Shown one piece after another: positions 54,509 through 63,448 of a DNA stretch of 64,000 nt (position 1 is the stretch's first letter; the number at the start of each line of letters is the position of its first letter). Under the pieces are notes generated by a model. That model saw nothing but the letters and a program-made list of their open reading frames with translations, was not told the DNA's origin and did no database searches. The translations under genes and the position numbers were made by a program. Origin of the DNA: a virus; IMG/VR virus record IMGVR_UViG_3300031857_000130, positions 3,562 through 67,561 of that record, one strand, 5' to 3'.

Positions 54509-54658
54509 ATGAACACTACACCAGAACAACCTGAAACTGAGCAAGTCACCAAGACATGCAATTCGTCGCAACCTTGCTGCCTGATGGACGACGATCTGAA
54601 CGAAGAACTTGGAACGCCAGCTTGCGATGTTGAAGGCGGCTGCGAGTCGTGTCAGTAA
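54509..54658 (+). CDS. 49-aa acidic Cys-rich mini-protein ending CDVEGGCESCQ
   Basis: Manual translation; not in ORF track. Confidence 0.6.
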   Translation: MNTTPEQPETEQVTKTCNSSQPCCLMDDDLNEELGTPACDVEGGCESCQ

Positions 54659-54750
54659 ACTTCCAGCCTAGTATTGAGCAATGGCCCGCCGAGGTTTGGC
54701 TGCAAAACCGATTAAACTGACAATTCTAGGTTGATGATCTTTGACAACTT

Positions 54751-54939
54751 GAAAACAGAATCCAGCGGCGGCGTGGAAGGACACGCTGATGACTCTAAGC
54801 GGGAAGCACCAACGTCCCATGCTACGCATGACCAGTTGGGTTTAGCGATAGGAGTTGAACGGCGAGCGGCAACGCGACGACCCGATCTGGAACTCGCACT
54901 AGCAGGTATCAAGCCCTGCCCGCTGGATTCTGTTTTCCA
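54751..54939 (+). ncRNA. tRNA-like structured RNA with enlarged central domain
   Basis: 18-bp closing stem; D-like arm gcgt-ggaaggac-acgc; T-like arm gcagg-tatcaagc-cctgc. Confidence 0.65.
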
Positions 54940-54944
54940 CTAAT

Positions 54945-55086
54945 TTGCCTGCCGTGCCTGTGCTGGCCGATAGCCTTCTATGTAACGCTGCAATATGCGT
55001 GAACGATGCAACAACGCGAAGCGCGAGAGAGCACAAAACCGAAGACAGGGAGCGATCCCAAGTAGGACTCTCGCGGCGGCAGGCAA
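54945..55086 (+). ncRNA. Putative structured RNA
   Basis: Closing stem ttgcctgccg/cggcaggcaa; no convincing ORF. Confidence 0.45.
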
Positions 55087-55144
55087 CTACTTTCTGTAAG
55101 GTTCGTGTTGCTTTTCAGCGCACAAAGTGATAAGATTGACTTCT

Positions 55145-55885
55145 ATGAGTGAAACACCAAAACAAGAACTGGCAACGAAACAACCGTCTCTCAAAGAGCT
55201 AATCAGCGGCGACAAATTCAAAGAACAGGTGGCCTTGGCGTTACCAAAACACATGACGCCCGAAAGGTTCACGCGCATTGCTCTCACAGCCATCTCACGC
55301 ACGCCAAAACTGCAAGACTGCACGCAGACGAGCCTGTTTAAGTGCCTTCTGGACTTGTCGGCTGCTGGTCTTGAACCTGATGGTCGCCGAGCATATCTCA
55401 TTCCATACGGCAGTGAATGTACTTTGATCTTGTCATACATGGGGATGATCGAGCTTGTGCGTCGTTCGGGCGATGTCGTGAGCATCCGCTCCGAGCTTGT
55501 CTGCGAGAATGACGAGTTCTCATGGGAGAATGGCAAGATTACTCACAAAGTCGAATGGCGCAAACCACGCGGAGAAATTCAAGCCGTGTATGCCGAGGCC
55601 GTTCTGCGCTCTGGCGAGACTCAGACCGCAACCATGACCAAAGACGAAGTTGATGCTATCCGCAAACGCAGTCGTTCTGGCAATAGCGGCCCTTGGGCTA
55701 CGGACTATGGCGAGATGGCCAAGAAGACAACTTTGCGCCGCTTGTGCAAGCTGCTGCCGCTTTCTTCTGAGGTTGCCGAGCACATCGACAAAGATCAGGA
55801 CATCCTCATCGAACGCGATGTGACCCCTGTGGCAAAAGCAACTCTCAACCTTCCTAGCCAAGCGGAGGTGGAAAATAATAATTGA
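55145..55885 (+). CDS. recT: RecT-family single-strand annealing protein
   Basis: LPKHMTPERF.RIA...GLEPDG..AYLIPYG...Y.GMIEL..RSG...PW..DY.EMAKKT. Confidence 0.92.
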   Translation: MSETPKQELATKQPSLKELISGDKFKEQVALALPKHMTPERFTRIALTAISRTPKLQDCTQTSLFKCLLDLSAAGLEPDGRRAYLIPYGSECTLILSYMGMIELVRRSGDVVSIRSELVCENDEFSWENGKITHKVEWRKPRGEIQAVYAEAVLRSGETQTATMTKDEVDAIRKRSRSGNSGPWATDYGEMAKKTTLRRLCKLLPLSSEVAEHIDKDQDILIERDVTPVAKATLNLPSQAEVENNN

Positions 55886-55916
55886 CAACAACCGCTTGTT
55901 GTCCTAACAAAGTTAA

Positions 55917-56654
55917 ATGAACTATGACGCATCAGCAATTCAGCAAAAAAGGCGGTCAGGCAAAAACACTTGCAAAGAAAAAAGCAGCGCAATCCAATTT
56001 AGCCAAGGCAAGACAAAAACTGACAGAAAAAAGATTGAAATCAAAGAGGGTCAAACTTTTGGAAGATTAACAGCTATTTGTTTTAATGGAAAAGATCGTT
56101 ACAACCATCCTATTTGGATGTTCTTGTGCACTTGTGGAAAGAAAAAAGAAATAAGCGCAATAAGTGTTTTCAAAGGCGTAACACGTTCGTGTGGTTGCCT
56201 AAGAAAAGAAAATTCAAAAATAATGAAATCCACTCATGGTCTTGGTCATTTAGATGAGTATGTAATATGGTGCGGAATAAAACAAAGGTGCTTTAATCCA
56301 AAATGCAAAGAATATCGTTTATATGGAGCTAGAGGTATCATTCTTTGCGACGCTTGGAAGCATGATTTTAAAGCATTCTATGAATACATTGGCCCAAGGC
56401 CAACAAAGCACCATTCCATTGATCGAATAGACAGCAATGGCAACTATGAGCCGGGCAATGTACGTTGGGCAACACATTTAGAACAGGCCAACAATGTTAG
56501 AAGCAATACTATCCTAACATGTCGTGGAGAATCTAAAACAATGGCCGAATGGGCTAGGTCTCTCGGTATTGCATATGATATGCTATGCCAGCGCGTTTGC
56601 AAACTTGGATGGTCACATGAAAAAGCTATACTTACCCCCAAATTATTCACATGA
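55917..56654 (+). CDS. HNH homing endonuclease
   Basis: GQTFGRLT, YGARGI, SIDRIDSNGNYEPGNVRWAT..EQANN; AT-rich, between recT and the exonuclease. Confidence 0.9.
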   Translation: MNYDASAIQQKRRSGKNTCKEKSSAIQFSQGKTKTDRKKIEIKEGQTFGRLTAICFNGKDRYNHPIWMFLCTCGKKKEISAISVFKGVTRSCGCLRKENSKIMKSTHGLGHLDEYVIWCGIKQRCFNPKCKEYRLYGARGIILCDAWKHDFKAFYEYIGPRPTKHHSIDRIDSNGNYEPGNVRWATHLEQANNVRSNTILTCRGESKTMAEWARSLGIAYDMLCQRVCKLGWSHEKAILTPKLFT

Positions 56655-57445
56655 TTATTTACAATGAAACTGAATATAGGCAATGGAACGCTCTAAACTA
56701 CTCAGCGGCCAAATCGCTGCTGAAGTCGCCCAAGCATTTTCAAGCAGGACTCAATCGCAAGTTTGAGCCGTCGCGTGAAATGATGATTGGCACATACGTT
56801 CACGAAATCGTTCTGGAAGGCAAAACGCCATCCTACATCGTTCGTCCAGACGACATTGATCTTCGCACTAAAGAAGGCAAGGCATGGCGAGATAAAAACG
56901 CAGGCCGTGAAATCCTGTCACCTGAAGATGACGCCGCCGTTCGCATGGCTGCTGATGCTGTTCGCAAAAGCGCGGATGCGCAGTATCTTCTTGGTCGCTG
57001 CCCCAATCGTGAACATGGCATCGTGCAGACGTTCGGAGGCGTGGAAATCAAGGGCAAGCTGGACGCTTACGGGACGGATGAGGCTGGGAAAGCCATCATC
57101 CTGGATTTTAAGACAACATCTAACGCTGACCCTGAAGAGTGGGGCCGTAAGGCTTTTGGTCTCCGCTACCCAATGCAGTCGGCTTGGTATCAGGCATTGC
57201 TTGCTTTGGAGCTTGGCCTTGAAGAACCACCGGCTTATTTTTGGCTTTGTGTCGAAACGCAAGACCCGTTTGACGTGGTGATTTACCAGCCGCCAGAAGA
57301 GGCTCTGGAGATTGGCCGCGCCCAGATGAAGCATTGCGTGGAAACCTACAAGTCCTGCAAAGATAGCGGAAAATGGCCGGGATACAGCAAGGGCATCATC
57401 GCTTTGGAAGTGCCAGCATGGGAACGCCGCCGCTGGATCAAGTAA
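56651..57445 (+). CDS. PD-(D/E)XK exonuclease (RecE/ExoVIII-like)
   Basis: GT.VH..VLE, KGKLD, ILDFKTT, Y.MQ.AWY. Confidence 0.88.
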   Translation: MIIYNETEYRQWNALNYSAAKSLLKSPKHFQAGLNRKFEPSREMMIGTYVHEIVLEGKTPSYIVRPDDIDLRTKEGKAWRDKNAGREILSPEDDAAVRMAADAVRKSADAQYLLGRCPNREHGIVQTFGGVEIKGKLDAYGTDEAGKAIILDFKTTSNADPEEWGRKAFGLRYPMQSAWYQALLALELGLEEPPAYFWLCVETQDPFDVVIYQPPEEALEIGRAQMKHCVETYKSCKDSGKWPGYSKGIIALEVPAWERRRWIK

Positions 57446-57465
57446 TAATTTAACCTCAAACACCA

Positions 57466-57870
57466 ATGCCTAATAACAACATCAACATCAGCTTCGACAT
57501 TCTCAAAGTCCAAGGAGCGAAGAAAATCACCGGCAAAGACGGCAAAGAATACGTTGCCATCTGCATCCCAGAAAGTCGCCTCAAGCGTTTCCAGCGCAAA
57601 GATGGTAGCGAGAGCCTGTTCTTTGAACTCGACGTGAAAGCCAACCGAGACGGCGAAGACAAGTTTGGCAAGACGCATTTTGTTGCCGAAGCTGCCTCCA
57701 AAGAAGAGCGCATGGCAAAGACTCGTCTGCCCATCATTGGCAACGGCAAAGAGTTCGTCTTTGGCGGGTCGTCTGGCGGTTCTCGCGCTAGTCAGCATGG
57801 AGCGGTCAAAGCCGCTAATCACCCCCTGATGAAAGACGATGGCCTTGAAGAAGACCAGATTCCGTGGTGA
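57466..57870 (+). CDS. Putative ssDNA-binding protein
   Basis: DKFGKTH...PIIGNGK; acidic tail EEDQIPW. Confidence 0.7.
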   Translation: MPNNNINISFDILKVQGAKKITGKDGKEYVAICIPESRLKRFQRKDGSESLFFELDVKANRDGEDKFGKTHFVAEAASKEERMAKTRLPIIGNGKEFVFGGSSGGSRASQHGAVKAANHPLMKDDGLEEDQIPW

Positions 57871-57944
57871 GCAAATTACTACACCTGACAACAACCGAGG
57901 GGCGCGACTCGACAACGCGCAAAACTCAGCTTACAGTTGCCTAT

Positions 57945-58226
57945 ATGCCTTGCTACGACGCAGAAGCACGCGAACGACCGCAAAGACTTGAATCCAAAGT
58001 TCATAAACTTACAGCAATGCTTTGTGGTCTTTGCACAAAAATTGAAAATTCATCATTGCGCTCAATGATCGACTCCGACCCGAATCTTTCCGATTGGTGG
58101 CAAAACCACAAAACTCATGACGAAAGAATTGCTGCTATCAAACAAAAGAGAGATGCTTTAGGTTCTCATTGTCTGACGGATAAGGAGTTTGAGCTTTTGT
58201 GGAATGCGGATGACATTTCTTATTAA
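57945..58226 (+). CDS. Hypothetical protein
   Basis: MPCYD...LC.LC...WW..HK.HD. Confidence 0.65.
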   Translation: MPCYDAEARERPQRLESKVHKLTAMLCGLCTKIENSSLRSMIDSDPNLSDWWQNHKTHDERIAAIKQKRDALGSHCLTDKEFELLWNADDISY

Positions 58227-58244
58227 CACACATCAAAAGAACAC

Positions 58245-58601
58245 ATGACCTCCGATCAAATCGACACCATCAACGCCATCGCCGCCGACTGCTACGAGAA
58301 GGCTGCGATGAAAGGCTTTCATGACAGCGACCTCGATAAAAACGACGTTGAACTCATGGCAGCGTGGACGGCAAACCTGCACGGAGAAGTATCTGAGCTT
58401 TGGGAGGCTGCTCGCAAGGGTAAACTCAACCATCAATGCGACAAAGAGGCTGCTCTGACATGCGCAGAAGAGGAGTTTGCGGACATCTTCATTCGTGTCT
58501 GCGACTCGTCACGCGCTTTTGGAATCAACCTTGGACGCGCCGTTCACCTGAAAATGCAATACAACGCCAGCCGTCCGCACATGCACGGCAAACTTGCTTG
58601 A
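58245..58601 (+). CDS. MazG-like nucleotide pyrophosphohydrolase
   Basis: LHGEVSELWEA.RK...EEEFADIFIR..D...KM.YN..RP..HGK. Confidence 0.85.
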   Translation: MTSDQIDTINAIAADCYEKAAMKGFHDSDLDKNDVELMAAWTANLHGEVSELWEAARKGKLNHQCDKEAALTCAEEEFADIFIRVCDSSRAFGINLGRAVHLKMQYNASRPHMHGKLA

Positions 58602-58604
58602 CCT

Positions 58605-58787
58605 ATGTACGCCACAGAAATCATCGCAGAATTGAAGCGGCTCATCGAAATCCACGGCGATGTTCCGGTAAAGACACTCATCGTCAATGGCGAATCATTC
58701 ACAAAAGCCGAGGCCGAAGTGACTGATATTCGCTACACAAGCTCCGAAGCATGGCGTAAACCCATCATCAAAATCGTATCAAAATGA
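58605..58787 (+). CDS. Hypothetical protein
   Basis: I..L..L...HGD.PV. Confidence 0.6.
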   Translation: MYATEIIAELKRLIEIHGDVPVKTLIVNGESFTKAEAEVTDIRYTSSEAWRKPIIKIVSK

Positions 58788-58930
58788 ACGGCATTACCAA
58801 GGAAAAGATCGAAATGCTTGATGAAGCCATTGCTTGGCACTCCGCACAGGAGGATGTCAGTGATACTGAAATCGAGTGGATTGAGTGGGCCAGAAAACGT
58901 GTGAAGGAATTGGAAAGGGGTGAATCATGA
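58784..58930 (+). CDS. Small hypothetical protein
   Basis: ATGA overlaps on both sides. Confidence 0.5.
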   Translation: MNGITKEKIEMLDEAIAWHSAQEDVSDTEIEWIEWARKRVKELERGES

Positions 58931-59361
58931 AGCTGTGGCTAGGTGTGGACGTTGGAATCAACGGTGGAATCGCTTTCATTCCAGAAAGGGGTAACTCTTG
59001 GGCTATTAAGATGCCCGATACTTTATGTGATCTTTGGGATGCGATTGATAACATTGGCTTTGATTTTACATATCTGCACGCATGCCTTGAGCGTGTGCAT
59101 TCATCTCCGCAAATGGGCGTCAAAAGTGCGTTCACTTTCGGCCAAGGATTCGGCCATCTTGAAATGGCTCTGACTGCCGCCAAGATTCCATTCACTTACG
59201 TCACTCCTCAGAAGTGGCAAAAGGAGCTTGGATGCCTCACTGGTGGTAACAAGTCTATTACAAAGGCTAGAGCGCAGCAACTTTTTCCGCACATCAAATG
59301 CACGCACGCCATCTCAGATGCGTTGCTCATCGCTGAATACTGCCGCAGAACCATCAGATAG
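58927..59361 (+). CDS. RuvC-like Holliday junction resolvase
   Basis: LGVDVG..GGIA, LERV, SAFTFG, VTPQKW, SDALLIA. Confidence 0.88.
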   Translation: MKLWLGVDVGINGGIAFIPERGNSWAIKMPDTLCDLWDAIDNIGFDFTYLHACLERVHSSPQMGVKSAFTFGQGFGHLEMALTAAKIPFTYVTPQKWQKELGCLTGGNKSITKARAQQLFPHIKCTHAISDALLIAEYCRRTIR

Positions 59362-59493
59362 CCATGAACCCCGACGACGAAACAAGCCCTATCCCCGCCT
59401 TCATTATGATGGCTATCATCACGACGCTCGCTGCTGCAATCCTGCTCAAAGCCCTGCTCTAGCACACTTGAAATAGTAAGCTGGTAAAGAACA

Positions 59494-59522
59494 TTGACAA
59501 TATCCGCTTAAAAGCGTAAGAT
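59494..59522 (+). promoter_or_regulatory. Sigma70-like promoter
   Basis: TTGACA-N17-TAAGAT. Confidence 0.75.
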
Positions 59523-59531
59523 TGAAGTCAC

Positions 59532-60158
59532 ATGAAAACACAAATTAAGAACAGGTTTACAGGCAGTGTGATACATGAGGGCGACTACGCTTCTATTTAT
59601 GAGGCAGTTGCGACGGCCATCAAATCAAAAACTGACCTTCGCTGTGCTGACCTTCGCGGCGCTGATCTTTGCAATGCTGACCTTCGCGGCGCTGACCTTC
59701 GCGGCGCTGACCTTCGCTGTGCTGATCTTTGCGGTGCTGACCTTCACGGTGCTGATCTTTGCGATGCTGACCTTCGCGGTGCTGACCTTCACGGTGCTGA
59801 TCTTTGCGGTGCCAAATACGCAACATTAATCATTGCACAAACACGCATTCTTCCAGACGGGGAAATTATTGGTTGGAAGAAGCTGCAAAATGGAAGTATT
59901 GCAAAATTGCGCATTCCTGAATCCGCAAAACGCTCTAATGCTTTTGGTCGCAAGTGTCGATGCTCTGAGGCTATTGTTGTGGCAATTTATGATGGTGACA
60001 ACGAAGTGGATGTGGGTTTTTCCTCGCACGATCCAGCCTTTGAATACAAAAAAGGCGAAATCGTCAGGCCCAAAAAGCCGTTTTCTGAAGACTGGCAAGA
60101 TGAGTGTGCTTCAGGTATTCACTTTTTCATCACGCGAGAGGAAGCTGAAAATTACTAA
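59532..60158 (+). CDS. Pentapeptide-repeat protein with DUF5758-like C-terminus
   Basis: (ADL[R/C/H][G/C])n; IGWKK...RKCR...ECASGIHFFITREEA. Confidence 0.9.
   Translation: MKTQIKNRFTGSVIHEGDYASIYEAVATAIKSKTDLRCADLRGADLCNADLRGADLRGADLRCADLCGADLHGADLCDADLRGADLHGADLCGAKYATLIIAQTRILPDGEIIGWKKLQNGSIAKLRIPESAKRSNAFGRKCRCSEAIVVAIYDGDNEVDVGFSSHDPAFEYKKGEIVRPKKPFSEDWQDECASGIHFFITREEAENY
59632..59813 (+). repeat. 15-bp tandem repeat encoding pentapeptides (~12 units)
   Basis: gctga(c/t)ctt(c/t)(g/a)cgg(c/t)-like units. Confidence 0.9.
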
Positions 60159-60161
60159 TTT

Positions 60162-60401
60162 ATGCCAAACGAGAAAGCATCGCCCGCGCATCGTCTAGCA
60201 TACCGGCTGGAATCCATTCTAGTGTCAAGTAAAGTTGACGCTGACGAGATTACGAAGATTCTGATCGACCTTCTGGCGCATCACATCGCTGGCTACGAGC
60301 CGATTCACCGGGAATACATCTGGGATGCGGCTGTGGATGAACTCGACGACATGGTGGAGATTTTCTCTGCTATCGAGGACGAGGATTATCAGAAGAATTG
60401 A
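60162..60401 (+). CDS. Hypothetical protein
   Basis: 79-aa acidic ORF. Confidence 0.6.
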   Translation: MPNEKASPAHRLAYRLESILVSSKVDADEITKILIDLLAHHIAGYEPIHREYIWDAAVDELDDMVEIFSAIEDEDYQKN

Positions 60402-60544
60402 CACACCCTCCTCGCTGAGATAGGGTTGGAGTGCCGACTGGAAACGGCCTGTAACTATGACGATAAATGATCCCCACCTTTCAAGGAACCTGTGTCATGC
60501 AGATTTCCAGCCTTGAGAGCGTGGGGATCGCCTTTTGGTGAATT

Positions 60545-61384
60545 ATGGATATTGTTTTGCTCAAGTCCCTTTTGAGAAGCCCAATCGCTTTTCAGCCTAT
60601 TTTTGTCAAAATCGCCGGTTCTGTGAACGCTGGTTTGCTTTTGAGTCAGGCGTTTTATTGGAGCGACAAAACCACCGACCCTAATGGGTGGTTCTACAAA
60701 ACGCAGGCAGAATGGGAAAAGGAAACGTACTTGACTCGTTATGAGCAGGAATCCGCCCGGAAACAGCTTAGATCGCTTGGATTTTGGGAGGAAACCCTTG
60801 AGGGTATTCCAGCCAAATTGTTTTATCGCATCAACATGGGTGCGCTCTATGCCAAAATGGTGGCCGTTTCAAAAATCGAGTCCTCCAGTATGCGGGAAAA
60901 CCACATACTAGAAAGCGGAAATCCAGCAAACAGGATTGGGGTAAAACCACATACTACTATATGTACAGAGAGTACATCAGAGAATACATCTCCCGAATTA
61001 AAAAATTCGGGCAACGAGCGGGTTGAATTGTTCGCTTTCCCGAAAGGGGTCGAGAAGCCAATCATTCATTCCAATCCACCCGCAAAGCGTGGCAGACCGC
61101 CAAAACCCGCCGATCCTCGCCATCAAGAAGCCATCGAAATGTGGCGCGACATGTGGAATGAGCGGTTTAACACGCCGTATTCCTTTCATTCTAAGGACTT
61201 TAAGCACCTAAAGGAGTTTTTGCGAGCCAATCCAACTGTTGAAGTCTCAAAAATGAGAGACGCATTAAGCGGAATTTGGTCGCTTGAGGTGCAAAAGGGC
61301 GCTTTTGCCCCCAACTCCATCCGAATCCTCAACCTTTGCGACCTTTGCCTTCGCTGGAACACCATCATCGGAAACATCCAATAA
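60545..61384 (+). CDS. Phage replication initiator/replisome organiser
   Basis: PIAF.P...GSV.AGLLLSQ..YW...GWFYKTQ.EW..ET.L.R.EQE.ARK.L. Confidence 0.8.
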   Translation: MDIVLLKSLLRSPIAFQPIFVKIAGSVNAGLLLSQAFYWSDKTTDPNGWFYKTQAEWEKETYLTRYEQESARKQLRSLGFWEETLEGIPAKLFYRINMGALYAKMVAVSKIESSSMRENHILESGNPANRIGVKPHTTICTESTSENTSPELKNSGNERVELFAFPKGVEKPIIHSNPPAKRGRPPKPADPRHQEAIEMWRDMWNERFNTPYSFHSKDFKHLKEFLRANPTVEVSKMRDALSGIWSLEVQKGAFAPNSIRILNLCDLCLRWNTIIGNIQ

Positions 61385-61394
61385 ACCACAAACC

Positions 61395-61655
61395 ATGAAC
61401 TATACATCACTCCCTGAAAATATTGAATCTTCGGCTCAGCGCAGACTGAACGAAATTGTGAGAAAACTCAATGAGGTTCGAGTCATGGTTATGAACCATT
61501 GGCCCGACGCCATTTTTTTCGTCAACTCAGACGAGACGGGATCATATTTATATATTTCACGCCGCGAGGACTCCATCGAATGTGTGCAATCTGACATCTC
61601 TGCTGAAAAATGGCAGACGCTTGATTTAGACGATTGCGGAATTGACGAAGAATAA
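61395..61655 (+). CDS. Hypothetical protein
   Basis: ORF in the replication operon. Confidence 0.55.
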   Translation: MNYTSLPENIESSAQRRLNEIVRKLNEVRVMVMNHWPDAIFFVNSDETGSYLYISRREDSIECVQSDISAEKWQTLDLDDCGIDEE

Positions 61656-61914
61656 TTTACCCAAATACACCCAAGAAAGGAACACCATGATAGCAAACCT
61701 AGACACGCCACCTCAATCGACTCATCCAGATTATGACTGGTGGGTTTTCTCAACCGCCCTCAGCGAAGGCTGGTTGATGCTTTATTGCCCCAAGACTGGC
61801 AAAACAGGCTCAGTACGCAATCCATCGAAAGCTGAGTGGGCCAAGGCATTTGATGCGCCAAATAACCCTTACCAATGGCATGACAATTCTCGTGTCGTCA
61901 TAGACGTTAAATGA
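61642..61914 (+). CDS. Hypothetical protein
   Basis: Coupled to dnaB; start uncertain. Confidence 0.55.
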   Translation: MTKNNLPKYTQERNTMIANLDTPPQSTHPDYDWWVFSTALSEGWLMLYCPKTGKTGSVRNPSKAEWAKAFDAPNNPYQWHDNSRVVIDVK

Positions 61915-63296
61915 CACCTCCTCCCACAATCGAACAGCTTCTAGCGTCCTTCAAAGACGCCCAGCTTCCGTGGTCTGAGGAGGCTGAACAGACGGTTGTT
62001 TCCTCGATTTTCCACCACCCAAGGCTGATTGAGGAGTGCCCGCCCGTGGATTCATTCTTCCACGTCCATCACCGCTGGCTGATCGAGGCTTTCTTGGAGC
62101 TTTTCAACGCTGGAAGGCCGATTGATCTGCCTTCCGTGACAATCAATCTCCGTGAAAAAGGGCTTCTCGACAACATGGGAGGCCCGGCGAGGCTCAGTGT
62201 CTTCTACTCGAACATCCCGATGGTGTCGCATTTCGGCTACTACGCCGGGATTGTGCGGCAGAAATACCAGCTTAGGGCCATGATTGGCGTTCTTGCCGCT
62301 GGAATGGACGTTCTTTTGCGTTTTAACGAGTCGGAGGGTTCTTCCGCTGCCGATACCCTCCAGAACGTCATTAAAAGCGTTGTGGAGGCTGCAAATGACG
62401 ATGGCAGCCCTGATTTGGAGCATCGCCCGATGGCGGAACTCATTAACGAGGTCTTGCAGGACGCCGAGGATATGGCGAAGTCGGGGCGGAAAATCACCGG
62501 GGTTTCGACTGGTATCGCCGAATTTGATGACATCATGGGCGGTCTTGAACCCGGATGCCTGACGGTTGTGGCGGCTGAGTCCAGTGATGGCAAGTCCAGT
62601 TTGTGCCGACAAATGCTCGAATGGGTGGCTATCGAGGGTGGTTGCGCCGTTGACTACACCTACGAAATGATGCCCAAGGCGGAAGTGAAGCGCATTTTGT
62701 GCTCTCAGGGCAAGATTGACGCCAAAAACCTCAAAACGGGGATGCTGACGCGCAATGAAATGCTCAACCTTGGCCTTGTGGCAAACAAGGCGGCGAAATG
62801 GGACTTCAGCATCGTGGATGTGGCTGGAAAGACGATTGAGCAAATCTGCCGCGATATTTCACGCAGGTCGCGTAAATTGAACGCTGGCAAAAGGCTTGTT
62901 GCGATGATTGACTACATCCAGCTATGCAAGACTACCGAAAATTCTCAAAATCGAGAACGCGAGGTTGCTCACATCACGGCTACCACCAAGCAGTGCGCCA
63001 AGATGACGGGGGCACACATCATCATGCCTTCGCAGGTGAACAACGATGGCGAGGTGCGTGAATCCCGCGCCATTGAGCAGGACGCCGACAACCTCATCAA
63101 GATCAAGAAGATTGGCGTCAAGAACGACGGCCCCTCATGGAAAAAGGGCAAAGAAGAGGAGAAGCCCAATTTCCAGCGCCAGATGTTCTTCCACAAGGTT
63201 CGTGACGGTGAACGCTACCGCACCGTGGACATGGAGCTTGTCGGCAAGCACTTCAGGTTTGAGGTTTTGCGAAAAGAGGTTGATTCTGAGGGATAA
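61911..63296 (+). CDS. dnaB: DnaB-like replicative helicase
   Basis: EAEQ.V..S, TGVSTG, AAESSDGKS, YEM, IDYIQL, SQVN, RESRAIEQDAD. Confidence 0.92.
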   Translation: MTPPPTIEQLLASFKDAQLPWSEEAEQTVVSSIFHHPRLIEECPPVDSFFHVHHRWLIEAFLELFNAGRPIDLPSVTINLREKGLLDNMGGPARLSVFYSNIPMVSHFGYYAGIVRQKYQLRAMIGVLAAGMDVLLRFNESEGSSAADTLQNVIKSVVEAANDDGSPDLEHRPMAELINEVLQDAEDMAKSGRKITGVSTGIAEFDDIMGGLEPGCLTVVAAESSDGKSSLCRQMLEWVAIEGGCAVDYTYEMMPKAEVKRILCSQGKIDAKNLKTGMLTRNEMLNLGLVANKAAKWDFSIVDVAGKTIEQICRDISRRSRKLNAGKRLVAMIDYIQLCKTTENSQNREREVAHITATTKQCAKMTGAHIIMPSQVNNDGEVRESRAIEQDADNLIKIKKIGVKNDGPSWKKGKEEEKPNFQRQMFFHKVRDGERYRTVDMELVGKHFRFEVLRKEVDSEG

Positions 63297-63308
63297 TTGG
63301 CGTAAGGT
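63280..63308 (+). promoter_or_regulatory. Sigma70-like promoter reading into the second cassette array
   Basis: TTGATT-N17-TAAGGT. Confidence 0.6.
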
Positions 63309-63324
63309 TGAACTTATAAACAGG

Positions 63325-63448
63325 CCAGAACGCGGAGTTCAGTCAGTCCGAAACGAAGCCCACAACCCAAGAAGACCAATGAGCACCCTAGAAACCACTG
63401 ACACAGCAGTCCAAGCCACGAGGACTTGGATGCACCGTTTTGTTCGCC
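63325..63448 (-). mobile_element. attC-like site A
   Basis: Minus strand ggcgAAC-aaaacggtgcatccaagtcc...ggactgactgaactccgc-GTTctgg; L arms imperfect. Confidence 0.7.

Noticed and set aside
54786-54815. CTGATGA as a hammerhead ribozyme core
   Set aside because: No stem II followed by GAAA and no stem I/III arrangement could be built.
59575-59829. Alternative-frame repeat ORFs over the pentapeptide gene
   Set aside because: By-products of the 15-bp tandem repeat.
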